Under the pieces are notes generated by a model. It saw nothing but the letters and a program-made list of their open reading frames with translations, made no database searches and was not told the origin of the DNA. The position numbers and the translations under genes were made by a program. Shown here piece by piece: positions 1-8,961 of a DNA stretch of 64,000 bases (positions within the stretch are counted from its first letter, which is position 1; each line of letters starts with the position of its first letter). Source of the stretch: an uncultured Alphaproteobacteria bacterium (GTDB taxonomy: Bacteria; Pseudomonadota; Alphaproteobacteria; RF32; CAG-239); contig CAJTMA010000002.1 of NCBI GenBank assembly GCA_910577205.1, positions 123,136 to 187,135 of the forward strand, read 5' to 3'.

Positions 1-947
1 AACCAAGCGAAAGCCGGTTCTTGAAGACTAAATCCCTGGCTCAACAGATAATAAATCAAGCCATATAATATCATATTAAAATATATCGCTTTGCGCCGCA
101 ATTCATCAATGAATAAGGCACCAAACAGTCCCCAAGCCATTGATGCGATGCCAAAAATATGCAAAAGCGGCAGAGAATAGCCAGACAAGGGCAGCAGCAT
201 GGCCGTTTTGCTTAAGATTATAATCCCGGCGATTGGTGTCGAGAGATAAGATAGCAGCATAATGCGGTTCATGCCCAGCATTCTCCATTCCTGCTGCGGA
301 GTATGAAATCCAAACAGCCCGGATTTAACAAACAAACACAAAAGCAGCAAAATACAAACCAAATCTTTGTGTTCACCGCGAGCGGCATAAAGCGAAAATC
401 TTTCCAGGCGAATGGTGTGGATATATCCCCAAAGCAAGGCAAAGAGCATAAACAGCCCCATATTTGCCAATAAATTATAGAAAATATATTTACGGCGGAC
501 ACGACTGTCATTGATTGCATAAAACCCAAAAATATCAATGATGCAAGCGCTTACCAGCAATTGAATAGCATTTTCACTGCAAATAAGCAAAGTCAGCGCC
601 GAAAGGTTAAAGCAAACCAGCCCGCTCAGGCGCAGGCGCTTTTCCTCAGCGGGAAGAAAGGTATTGAATAACAAAATCACTGCCGCCACGACAAAAAAGG
701 GCAACATCAGCATATAATGGGCGGCGTTGGAAAACATATTTATTTTGACGGGATAGTAACGCGACTTAACCCAGTCATAAGTAAAGTTATCGGTATAACC
801 GAGCTGCCAATTCTGGTATAATTTTAAGCATATCCCTGCAACAACAAAGGCCAGCAAGAGGGACAGAAATTTGGAAAATCTCTCGCCGCTGTATAGTGCC
901 GAGGCTGCGCCTATACCGATAAGCAGGAGAAAAATATCGATAATCAT
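1..947 (-). CDS. Polytopic membrane protein, 5-prime partial (runs off window start); possibly NuoN/MnhD-like proton-conducting membrane transporter family
   Basis: Open frame on minus strand from ATG at 947 to window edge, with many hydrophobic helices and a KSGLFGFHTPQQEW segment reminiscent of NuoL/M/N-type subunits. The track ORFs 106..288 and 269..538 are alternate frames of the same region. Not listed in the ORF track because it has no stop inside the window. Confidence 0.4.
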   Translation of the reverse strand, partial: MIIDIFLLLIGIGAASALYSGERFSKFLSLLLAFVVAGICLKLYQNWQLGYTDNFTYDWVKSRYYPVKINMFSNAAHYMLMLPFFVVAAVILLFNTFLPAEEKRLRLSGLVCFNLSALTLLICSENAIQLLVSACIIDIFGFYAINDSRVRRKYIFYNLLANMGLFMLFALLWGYIHTIRLERFSLYAARGEHKDLVCILLLLCLFVKSGLFGFHTPQQEWRMLGMNRIMLLSYLSTPIAGIIILSKTAMLLPLSGYSLPLLHIFGIASMAWGLFGALFIDELRRKAIYFNMILYGLIYYLLSQGFSLQEPAFAW

Positions 948-1048
948 TACGTAGTTTTCCTGTTAAAACGCCAATAACTTTTCGGTAATATAACTAAAGA
1001 ATGCCGTTTTTTAAAGTTTTATTACGCACTAATCACCAACTTGCGCGC

Positions 1049-1477
1049 CTATCTGCCATACACGCGTTTTCTCTCTTCGGCCAGCTGCGGGTTTCGCTCA
1101 AAGATGCCTTCACTGCCCCCTTTAATGATTTCATCATAATAGGCTATTTTATAATTGATTTTTTCCATATGCTTTTGCAGCTGAGCCATTTGCTCTTCCA
1201 GCTTTTGTTTTTGGCGGACAAACATATCAAGGCGTTTATGAAGAGTGGCATCCCCTTCGATGAACCAGTCTATATATTGTTTGATGTCTTTCAGCGGCAT
1301 TCCTGTCCCTTTTAAACACTCAATTAACGCCAGCCAATCCAAATCCGTTTCGGAGAAGACGCGCAGCCCCGAACCGCTTTTTTTAATAAAAGGCAGCAAT
1401 CCCTCTTTTTCATAATAACGTAAGGTATGTGTGGTTAATCCCGTTTTTTTGGCGACCTGCCCGATTGAATATCCCAT
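1049..1477 (-). CDS. MerR-family transcriptional regulator
   Basis: N-terminal HTH MGYSIGQVAKKTGLTTHTLRYYEKEGLL typical of MerR family, followed by a coiled-coil dimerisation region. Confidence 0.8.
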   Translation of the reverse strand: MGYSIGQVAKKTGLTTHTLRYYEKEGLLPFIKKSGSGLRVFSETDLDWLALIECLKGTGMPLKDIKQYIDWFIEGDATLHKRLDMFVRQKQKLEEQMAQLQKHMEKINYKIAYYDEIIKGGSEGIFERNPQLAEERKRVYGR

Positions 1478-1614
1478 ATCTAATCCTTTCTTAATTTCTT
1501 ATAAAATAACAAAACGGCATTAAGCTGTCAATAAAACACTTGACTTAGAGCAAGCTCTAACAAGTATGATGAATACAGAATCGCAATTGACTACTTTGGG
1601 GGAGATTTTTTATT

Positions 1615-2724
1615 ATGATCAGCTGTGCTGTTACGACTTCCGTTTTGGGATGCTTGGTTACAACTTACTTGTTTTTTCGCTACACTTGGTGTCTGGATTT
1701 TTCCTTGTTACAAAAATCGGCTGTTTATGCCCTGTTTCTTCTGGCCGGGTGTATTCCGCTGCTGGTTTCCTATCAAATGGAAAATTACTTAGGCAAATAT
1801 TATATTTTTTACAGATATGGTTTGTATGCTATTTTTATCGGCTGCATAATCCTTTTTACGCTGACCCTGCTGACTGACACGGCATTGCTGGCAATTTCTT
1901 ACAGCCCTCTGGCGCAGCATTTTAAGCATTTTTGCAGCTACATCAATCCGACATTAATTACAGCGGCAATTTTATGCAGTATTCTTGCGCTATATGCCGG
2001 AGTGAAAGTCCCTGACGTGAAGGAAGTTGTGATTTACTCCGATAAGATTACAGAAGAAAAAACTATTGTTTTGCTTAGCGATATTCACATTCACCGGGCT
2101 ATTTCTCCCGCAAAGGTAAAAGCAATTACAGACAAAAGCAACGCTATTTCTCCGGATATTATTCTTTTAGATGGAGATATTATTGATGACGACGTGGATA
2201 AAGTTTCCGACATTACGGCTTTGCTTAAAGGATTAAAAGCCAAACAAGGCATTTGGTTCGTGACCGGAAACCATGAATTTTATGCCGGATACAAAGAAAC
2301 GGCAGACGAGTTGCAAAAAATGGGATTTGGCTTTTTGGAAAATAACGGCGTTTCTTTGGGAGAAATTTATTTGGCAGGCATACCTGATCTCTTCTCCGGG
2401 AAAAATTATGGCAAGAATGCGGATTTATCTCAAGCTTTTGCTCAGGCAGAAGATAATCAATTCCGCTTATTGATGTCACATACACCGGTTGATTTTGGCA
2501 AGGATAACATTTTTGACCTTGAAGTTTCCGGTCATACCCATGGCGGGCAGATTTTTCCGTTTCATGTGTTGGCGAAGCTTCATAACCGTTATCTTGCCGG
2601 ATTATATCAAATGGAAAACGGCGCACAAATTTATGTCACCCGAGGAGCAGGCCAATGGGGACCGCAAATGCGATTTTTAGCCCCTTCAGAAATAACGGTT
2701 ATCAGACTGGCTTCCCTCAAATAA
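1615..2724 (+). CDS. Membrane-anchored calcineurin-like metallophosphoesterase
   Basis: N-terminal TM helices, then metallophosphatase motifs DIHIH, GDIID, GNHEF and GHTHGG. Confidence 0.75.
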   Translation: MISCAVTTSVLGCLVTTYLFFRYTWCLDFSLLQKSAVYALFLLAGCIPLLVSYQMENYLGKYYIFYRYGLYAIFIGCIILFTLTLLTDTALLAISYSPLAQHFKHFCSYINPTLITAAILCSILALYAGVKVPDVKEVVIYSDKITEEKTIVLLSDIHIHRAISPAKVKAITDKSNAISPDIILLDGDIIDDDVDKVSDITALLKGLKAKQGIWFVTGNHEFYAGYKETADELQKMGFGFLENNGVSLGEIYLAGIPDLFSGKNYGKNADLSQAFAQAEDNQFRLLMSHTPVDFGKDNIFDLEVSGHTHGGQIFPFHVLAKLHNRYLAGLYQMENGAQIYVTRGAGQWGPQMRFLAPSEITVIRLASLK

Positions 2725-2780
2725 CAATTGCAAAAAGGACGCTGTTTTATTACAGCGTCCTTAATGTTTGGAGATTTCGG

Positions 2781-4598
2781 TTAAAATCTCGGACAAGCGT
2801 CAGCTTGGCTTTTTTCTACATAAATAATATCATATGAACGTATTGTATCTGTCGCTTGAACCTGAATTGTACATTCTCCGCCGAAACAATTAAAGTATGT
2901 CGCATTTTGGATTGTACAAAATCTGTATTCTTTATCATTGATGTATATGTTACTGACGGACAACTGGATTTCCCCGTTTAGCAAAGCTTTGGACTGATTA
3001 AGCTCCATTACCCGACGTGAACCGCTGCAATAGCCATACATAAAGAACAAACGCGTATTATTGCCCGGTTCTTTATAATAAGCCGTCGTATACGGACCGC
3101 CACTACACGCCTCAGCATCGGGCATGACTTCGTTAATTGTTATTGTATTTTTGCATTGTCCATAGCAAGTCAGCCCTTTGTATGATACTGTCGTACACGT
3201 ATGGCCATTTGTTTTATCTAAATAACCACCATCTGAACATTTAGCCGCAACTACACAGCTATTTCCGCTTTGCATATATCCAGATTTACAAGTCCAAGCG
3301 GAGCATTTGAGAGAGCAATCATTGTAATAAGCGGAACATACGGCATTTGCGGGAATAGTCACGGCTGTCCGGTTATGACAGTTATCGCCATAAGCTATTT
3401 CGCATTTGGAGGGACAATCGCTCCAGGTTTTGGCGCAGCCATAAACTGTTGATGTTGAGTTGCGGTTATGGCAGTTATCGGGATAAGCAATCTGGCATTT
3501 TGACGTGCAATCTCCCCAAACCTGTTTACAGCCATATGGCGCGGATACGGCACTGCGGTTGCGGCAGTTGTCCGGATAAGCCCGTTCGCATTTAGAACTG
3601 CAATCGCTCCAATATTTTTCGCAGCCATAAGGCGCTGGCACAGAAGAGCGATTTCGGCAGTTATCAGCGTAAGCAACCTGACATTTTGACGCGCAGTCCC
3701 CCCATGCGCTCTGGCAGCCATAAGGCGCGTTAACCGAACCCCGGTTATGGCAGTTATCGGGATAAGCAATCTGGCATTTTGACGCACAATCTCCCCAAGC
3801 CTGCTTACAGCCATAAGGTGTAGGTACGGCATTACGATTGCGGCAGTTGTCTGTATAAGCCCGTTCGCATTTAGAGCCGCAATCGCCCCAATATTTCTCA
3901 CAGCCATAAGGCGTTTGAGCCGAGGCACGGTTACGGCAGTTATCCGCATAGGCTACTCTGCATACAGAGCCGCAAGGCGAAGGATAATATGTTTGGCATC
4001 CGTAAGGCGTTGGCACGCTGGTCGGACAGGTACAAGTCTGGTATCTTGTTCCGCTGTCATCCGTGCAGGCCGCTCCTTTAATCTGTGGCGCAACACAAGA
4101 AGCATAGGGATAAGTAGCCGGATCGCAATAACATTTATATTTGCCGCCACAAGTGTCAGAACTCAGTTTTTTAGGGGCGGCACATTGTGAGGGATTGTAT
4201 TTGTAGGTTGCATCACAACATTTGTCGTAAATCTTGTCATTATATGGGCAAGATTTATTAAACAACCCCGAAGCACAAGACTTAACAGTGAAGCCATAAC
4301 GGGCACAGGTTGTGTCTGTGGGATCGCCAAATTCATTTCCCATTCCAGCAGGACTGAAATTTTGTTCTTTATTATTGGTGATAAAATAGACGCCAGCGGT
4401 TTTATAGGCAGAAGCCGGCAGACGGGTAACCCCGCCTGCCAGTGATAAGGTTTCAAAAGTTTGGCTTTGATTTTGTTCTGCGAGGTGCGTGTATGATAAA
4501 GAGTTAACCTCAGGAGAAACCGTTAAAGCCTGAGCTTGAACGGCAGCAGCTGTTACTGCGATAGCAGATAAGCCCGAAAGAAGACCGACTTTCATCAT
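2781..4598 (-). CDS. Secreted cysteine-rich tandem-repeat protein (family member 1)
   Basis: Signal peptide MMKVGLLSGLSAIAVTAAAVQAQA. About seven 31-aa repeats PYGCxxxWGDCxSKCxxAYxDNC(R/H)NR. Cys-rich N- and C-terminal domains. N-terminus paralogous to the partial ORF at 63678. Confidence 0.7.
   Translation of the reverse strand: MMKVGLLSGLSAIAVTAAAVQAQALTVSPEVNSLSYTHLAEQNQSQTFETLSLAGGVTRLPASAYKTAGVYFITNNKEQNFSPAGMGNEFGDPTDTTCARYGFTVKSCASGLFNKSCPYNDKIYDKCCDATYKYNPSQCAAPKKLSSDTCGGKYKCYCDPATYPYASCVAPQIKGAACTDDSGTRYQTCTCPTSVPTPYGCQTYYPSPCGSVCRVAYADNCRNRASAQTPYGCEKYWGDCGSKCERAYTDNCRNRNAVPTPYGCKQAWGDCASKCQIAYPDNCHNRGSVNAPYGCQSAWGDCASKCQVAYADNCRNRSSVPAPYGCEKYWSDCSSKCERAYPDNCRNRSAVSAPYGCKQVWGDCTSKCQIAYPDNCHNRNSTSTVYGCAKTWSDCPSKCEIAYGDNCHNRTAVTIPANAVCSAYYNDCSLKCSAWTCKSGYMQSGNSCVVAAKCSDGGYLDKTNGHTCTTVSYKGLTCYGQCKNTITINEVMPDAEACSGGPYTTAYYKEPGNNTRLFFMYGYCSGSRRVMELNQSKALLNGEIQLSVSNIYINDKEYRFCTIQNATYFNCFGGECTIQVQATDTIRSYDIIYVEKSQADACPRF
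3351..4007 (-). repeat. About seven tandem 93-bp (31-codon) in-frame repeats inside CDS 2781..4598, with higher-order 279-bp identity
   Basis: Identical 40-mers (ggttatggcagttatcgggataagcaatctggcattttgacg) recur at about 3466 and 3745, a 279-bp spacing. The protein shows the PYGC...NCRNR periodicity. Confidence 0.75.
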
Positions 4599-4713
4599 AC
4601 ACCTCTCTTATAACTGAAACCATATCAATCATAAGATTACCACACCCGCTGTAATCTGTCAAGCATTAATAAGGGTCGGGTTTTTATTCGTCTAAAATTC
4701 TTAGATAATTCGC

Positions 4714-4742
4714 ATAAAAAAGGCCTCCAAATTAAGGAGGCC
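4714..4742 (-). terminator. Rho-independent terminator for CDS 4775..5275
   Basis: ggcctcc-aaattaa-ggaggcc hairpin followed by a T-run on the minus strand. Confidence 0.6.
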
Positions 4743-4774
4743 CGTATAGAGAAGTTTGCAGGTTAAATTGAAGA

Positions 4775-5275
4775 TTAGCAGCCAAGCCGCGCCAGGCATT
4801 CCGTATCCCAACAGCCTACCGTGCTGACATTATGCAGATTATGAACATAATTGGTAAATTCGCGTTTGAAAACGGTTATATCTCCGAAGCCCTGAGCAAT
4901 AAAAGCTGCCGCTGCGATATCGGCATAAGTTTTGGCATCAGGATTTATGGAAGCCAGAACATTTAATTTCTTAATCATCAGCTGCTTGTATTTGAAATTA
5001 TCTTTACCGAGAACTTTCATTGAGCTGATATCTTCCATTGTTTTGCGGACATTGTCACCGTTGCGGGCAATTTGAAATTTTGCCAAGCTGGCATCGTAAT
5101 TAACCAGTGCATCAAAATTTTTGACTTTATTAACAATACTGACAGCTTCTGCCTGAGGATATTCATTCTGAAGTGTATCTAACAAGAGCGAGAAAATATG
5201 CCCTTTGTTGCTTTTGGCTTTTTCAATCTTTTTAATGAAAATTTCGCCTTTTGTTTCCTTAACCAGAGCTACCAT
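4775..5275 (-). CDS. Hypothetical protein
   Basis: 166-aa ORF with its own terminator. No recognisable motif. Confidence 0.5.
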   Translation of the reverse strand: MVALVKETKGEIFIKKIEKAKSNKGHIFSLLLDTLQNEYPQAEAVSIVNKVKNFDALVNYDASLAKFQIARNGDNVRKTMEDISSMKVLGKDNFKYKQLMIKKLNVLASINPDAKTYADIAAAAFIAQGFGDITVFKREFTNYVHNLHNVSTVGCWDTECLARLGC

Positions 5276-5384
5276 GTTTACACTCCTTTGCCATAATTAT
5301 ATTCATTTATCTGTATGAGTTTAGTATAACACAAAATTGGCAGGCAAACAACATCTTTTTGTAACAAAACTGAAACAAATTTTA

Positions 5385-6389
5385 TTATAGAAAATGCCGA
5401 TACCAAAAATGTTTGGCTTTCTTCAGCAAAGGACCATAAAAAGGTGTTGCCTGGAGTTCTTCATTATCAAGAATGATAGGATTAGGGCAATTAAATATCT
5501 TCTCCCGTTTATGCCTTTCCCGGACAGCTATCCGACCGCGGCAGTCAGAGTCAATATCCAAGTGCTGAATTTGCGAAGCATCAATTGTCAGCGAGCCGCG
5601 AAAAGATTTGCCAATATAGACTTCTTTTTTACCCCAGTTTTCAGTCAGCTGCATGACGGCATAGCAGTAATACCCCGTTGTCAGGCGGTGAAAACAAGAA
5701 TCATGCAATTCAAGGCTGCCGCTGTAAACATCGCCGACAGACAAGTCAAAACACTTGCCGCTGCGCACGCAGGCAATATCACAACGGCAATTATCGCCGA
5801 GTTTGATATTTAATAAATTTGAACGGGAAAAAGTAAGGCGGCCGTTAAAGCCCTCACCGATGATAAGCGTATCTGTCCAGAGGTTGTCGCTAAAATCCAG
5901 TTCAGCTTTAGAATTAGGGCTGATGATGATTTTATCGGTCAGGATACGGCTAAAATTTAAGCGGCAGGGTTTGAGCGTCTGCGGAATAACCAAGCGGCGT
6001 TTTTGAATATGGTTAAAACTGATGGAAAGCGTATCATAATTTTGAAAGAATGTATTCAAACGCTTTGTTGTCATTTCTGACGGCGAAAAATATTCTTCCT
6101 TGCCATCACGGATGACAACAGAAAGGGACAATGCTGCCGCAGCCTCCTGGGTCAGGCTGTATTGGTATTCTTTTACAAACTTCTGCAAGACTGAGAGATA
6201 ATTTTTATCAGCCTCTGCCGCACGATACGGACGCACAGATGAGATTTTATCCTGATATATTTCCAAAACCACTAAAGGTTCGGCATATTTATCACGCAGA
6301 ATCATCATAAATTCTTTCCCCAAGACCCGGGTCAGATAATAACCTTTTGCCAAATGAAACTGCACATCTCCGTCGTTTGTTTTCACCAT
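5385..6389 (-). CDS. Hypothetical protein; C-terminal half possibly beta-helix or bactofilin-like
   Basis: 334-aa ORF. The C-terminus has short G/V/I-rich repeats (GRLTFSRSNLLNIKLGDNCRCDIACVRSGKCFDLSVGDVYSGSLEL). Confidence 0.5.
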   Translation of the reverse strand: MVKTNDGDVQFHLAKGYYLTRVLGKEFMMILRDKYAEPLVVLEIYQDKISSVRPYRAAEADKNYLSVLQKFVKEYQYSLTQEAAAALSLSVVIRDGKEEYFSPSEMTTKRLNTFFQNYDTLSISFNHIQKRRLVIPQTLKPCRLNFSRILTDKIIISPNSKAELDFSDNLWTDTLIIGEGFNGRLTFSRSNLLNIKLGDNCRCDIACVRSGKCFDLSVGDVYSGSLELHDSCFHRLTTGYYCYAVMQLTENWGKKEVYIGKSFRGSLTIDASQIQHLDIDSDCRGRIAVRERHKREKIFNCPNPIILDNEELQATPFYGPLLKKAKHFWYRHFL

Positions 6390-6560
6390 TCCCTCCCCTA
6401 AAAAAACGCAGCTTTAATGATAAGCTGAATCTAAGAACAGGCTGTGCAAATTCAATATAACTGTTCGGTTTAGGCCTCAGCGCCGCGGCTTGTGGAGAGC
6501 ACGGGATTTTTATTTGATTATTGGGAGAAACTGCTGTATCACTATGGGCAGGAGAAATTT

Positions 6561-7268
6561 ATGCAGAGAATTTGTTATTCATCGGAAGTATATCATCTTG
6601 ACCCGCAGGATTTGGCTGTGCTGGCCGACAGCCCGGACAGGATTGCTGCGGACAGTTCTGACAGCGTGGTTGTGTTAATCGGTGAAAAAGATATTTATGA
6701 TGCCAATAAGCCAGTGGTTTACGATACCCTGCTTAAAGGCCGGGAAATTGTTGAAAAAGCAGTTGCTGAAGGCAAAGCATTTATTCCCGTGCGAATTGCT
6801 TTTATTTCGCGTATCGGCAAGTGGGATTTTGTTTCCCCCTTAATCCGTGTACTGCGCTATAAATATAAAGCATACTCCAGCCATATATACCATATCAACC
6901 CGTTTGAAATCCGCAGTCTGAAAATCGAACGCAGTTTTCGCACGCCGGAAAATGCTTATCAATTCTCCAACCCTAAATACCAAATGTCTGAAGAAGAACG
7001 AAAAAAAATGTATCAGCAGCTCAAAGACAGCATGAGCACCCACGGCTATGACGACCGGTTTCCGCTGGATATTATGTTATGCCGCAATTTTGGCATTCAG
7101 GACACGTTAAACCAAGGACATCATCGGATGGGCGTTGCCATAGACTGCAATATCCAACGGGTTTCGGTGATGTTTTCTGCGGCAGGACAAGCCCCGCGTT
7201 TTCTGCATCCGCTGTTTAGGGTTGCCGCCCGGTTTAACTTGTGGTTCAAACAGTTATTTCAAAAATGA
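6561..7268 (+). CDS. Hypothetical protein, first gene of a three-gene operon
   Basis: ATG at 6561 preceded by AGGAGA at 6-nt spacing. The track start at 6492 is GTG. The stop is 9 nt before the next gene. Confidence 0.5.
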   Translation: MQRICYSSEVYHLDPQDLAVLADSPDRIAADSSDSVVVLIGEKDIYDANKPVVYDTLLKGREIVEKAVAEGKAFIPVRIAFISRIGKWDFVSPLIRVLRYKYKAYSSHIYHINPFEIRSLKIERSFRTPENAYQFSNPKYQMSEEERKKMYQQLKDSMSTHGYDDRFPLDIMLCRNFGIQDTLNQGHHRMGVAIDCNIQRVSVMFSAAGQAPRFLHPLFRVAARFNLWFKQLFQK

Positions 7269-7276
7269 GGCTGCCG

Positions 7277-8335
7277 ATGAAAAAAATTATTCATGTTTCC
7301 AATTTCAATCTTCTGCGCCTCAAAGGCTGCTTTCAGGTTGGTTTTCCTTTTAAAATTTCAAACGGGTTAATCCGCGCCGGCTATTCCGTTTTGAATTATC
7401 CTGACCGCGATTTGTGCCGGATGTTTGGGTTCGGGCATATGAATTTTATCGGGCAAAACCGGTTAAACAAACATTTGATTAATTACTGCAAAATGACAGA
7501 ACCTGATGCAATAGTCATCGGGCACGCCGACCTCATCCGCACAGATACACTGTTGGAAATAAAAAAGCTGTTTCCGCAGCTTAAAATCATGCAATGGAGT
7601 TGTGACTGGATTATGCCGGGATATGCCGAGCGCAACATCAAGGCCTTAACCTCGCGACTGGAAGCCGTCGATTTAACCATGGTCACCACCGGAGATAAGA
7701 AGCTGTTGCAACAATTCAGCCGCCAGGGAAAAGCTGCCGGTTATCTGCCAAACATTGCAGATGACAGCATTGAAACAGGGCGCGCATTTGAAACAGAAAC
7801 CCTGCCCTATGACATCATGCTTTGCGCCAATACCGGGAAACGCCAATTCTGCGGCACGGATGAAGAAGTTGATAAGATTATTGACGAGGCATCCCGTCGC
7901 GTTCCGGGATTAAAATGGAAACTGGCAGGCATAAAAAACGCCCCCGCGCTGAACGGTTATGCTTATATACGCGCGCTGGGCGAAAGTGCCATGGGATTTA
8001 ATTTAAGCCGGTTAAACGATATTTATCTGTATAGTTCTGATCGGATGGTTCATGGCATGGCTAACGGGCAGCTCGCATTATTGGACAAGCGCAACGGCTT
8101 TCAGGATTTGTTTACTGAAAACGAAGCTGTTTTTTATGACACTCCCGAAGAATTTTATGACAAACTGGCGTTCTATAAAAATAATCCGCAAGCCAGAATG
8201 AAAATCGCTGCCGCCGGACATCAGAAAATTCATCAGGAATACGGCATTACGCCTGTTTGCCGCTATATGGCAGACTTGCTGTTTGAAAACAAAACGGAAA
8301 CTTCCCGCCCCTGGCAGATTTTAATCAAGGACTAA
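7277..8335 (+). CDS. CgeB-like glycosyltransferase (DUF3880 / Glyco_trans_1_2-like)
   Basis: C-terminal AVFYDTPEEFYDKLAFYKNNPQARMKIAAAGHQKIHQEYGITPVCRYM resembles the CgeB-family C-terminal signature. GAGG RBS before ATG 7277. Confidence 0.55.
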   Translation: MKKIIHVSNFNLLRLKGCFQVGFPFKISNGLIRAGYSVLNYPDRDLCRMFGFGHMNFIGQNRLNKHLINYCKMTEPDAIVIGHADLIRTDTLLEIKKLFPQLKIMQWSCDWIMPGYAERNIKALTSRLEAVDLTMVTTGDKKLLQQFSRQGKAAGYLPNIADDSIETGRAFETETLPYDIMLCANTGKRQFCGTDEEVDKIIDEASRRVPGLKWKLAGIKNAPALNGYAYIRALGESAMGFNLSRLNDIYLYSSDRMVHGMANGQLALLDKRNGFQDLFTENEAVFYDTPEEFYDKLAFYKNNPQARMKIAAAGHQKIHQEYGITPVCRYMADLLFENKTETSRPWQILIKD

Positions 8336-8337
8336 TT

Positions 8338-8961
8338 ATGAACTACAATCACCAAGCAGCACAAACACTTTGGCATCAGTTTCAGGAGCGTTATAAAAGC
8401 CAGCTGACGCCGGCAATCCTTAAAGCCGGCGAATTTGCCCTGGAAGCACACCGCGGGCAAACCCGCAAATTAGACGGCACGCCTTATGTTTCCCATGTGT
8501 ATCATGTTGCGGGGATTATGCTGGATAATAATTTGGGAGAAAATACAGTTATTGCTGGCATTCTGCACGATATTATTGAAGATACCGAGCAAACGGCAGA
8601 AGACATTAAAGCTTTGTTTTCCGCCGAACAAGGCGAAGATGTGCTGCGCATTATCACAGCGGATAATGAGAGCAACAAAGCTGCCCCTTGGTGTGAGCGC
8701 AAGCAGGAAACCATTAATTACGCGCGCGAAACGACTGATACAGACGGCCTGCTTCTAATCTGCACCGATAAGATTTCTAACATGACCTCTATGGTTTGCG
8801 GATTGGAAGCTGACGGCGATTTGATGTGGCATTATTTTCACAGCCCTAAAGACAAACAGATATGGTATTATGAATCGCTGTATGACATTTTCAAAGATAA
8901 ATTAACAGATTACGAAGTTCTACTCAATCGCTACTTTAATCTTTTAAATCTGCTAAAATAA
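8338..8961 (+). CDS. Small alarmone hydrolase: RelA/SpoT-type HD-domain (p)ppGpp pyrophosphohydrolase, Mesh1/SAH-like
   Basis: AHRGQTRKLDGTPYVSHVYHVAGIML...VIAGILHDIIEDTEQTAEDIKALF matches the SpoT HD hydrolase motif AHxGQxRKSGEPYIxHPLxVAxILA...AALLHDVVEDT. 207 aa with no synthetase domain. Start 2 nt after the CgeB-like stop. Confidence 0.75.
   Translation: MNYNHQAAQTLWHQFQERYKSQLTPAILKAGEFALEAHRGQTRKLDGTPYVSHVYHVAGIMLDNNLGENTVIAGILHDIIEDTEQTAEDIKALFSAEQGEDVLRIITADNESNKAAPWCERKQETINYARETTDTDGLLLICTDKISNMTSMVCGLEADGDLMWHYFHSPKDKQIWYYESLYDIFKDKLTDYEVLLNRYFNLLNLLK

Noticed and set aside
106-538. Track ORFs 106..288(-) and 269..538(-)
   Set aside because: A different frame on the same strand is open from ATG 947 to the window edge and encodes a coherent polytopic membrane protein. 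The listed ORFs are probably out-of-frame artefacts (one starts at TTG).
1001-1315. ORF 1001..1315(+)
   Set aside because: It is antisense to the well-supported MerR-family regulator 1049..1477.
3270-4456. ORFs 3395..3949(-), 3953..4150(-), 4163..4456(-), 3270..3452(+) and 3915..4190(+) inside the Cys-rich repeat gene
   Set aside because: They are alternative-frame or antisense readings of the 93-bp tandem repeats. Their periodic composition explains the open frames.
6561-8335. Possibility that the genes upstream of the alarmone hydrolase encode a toxic alarmone synthetase (toxSAS), making a TA pair
   Set aside because: I looked for the RelA/SpoT synthetase signatures (RxKxxxSxxxK, DxxGxR, EhQIRT) in both proteins and did not find them. 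The middle gene instead shows a CgeB-like C-terminus.
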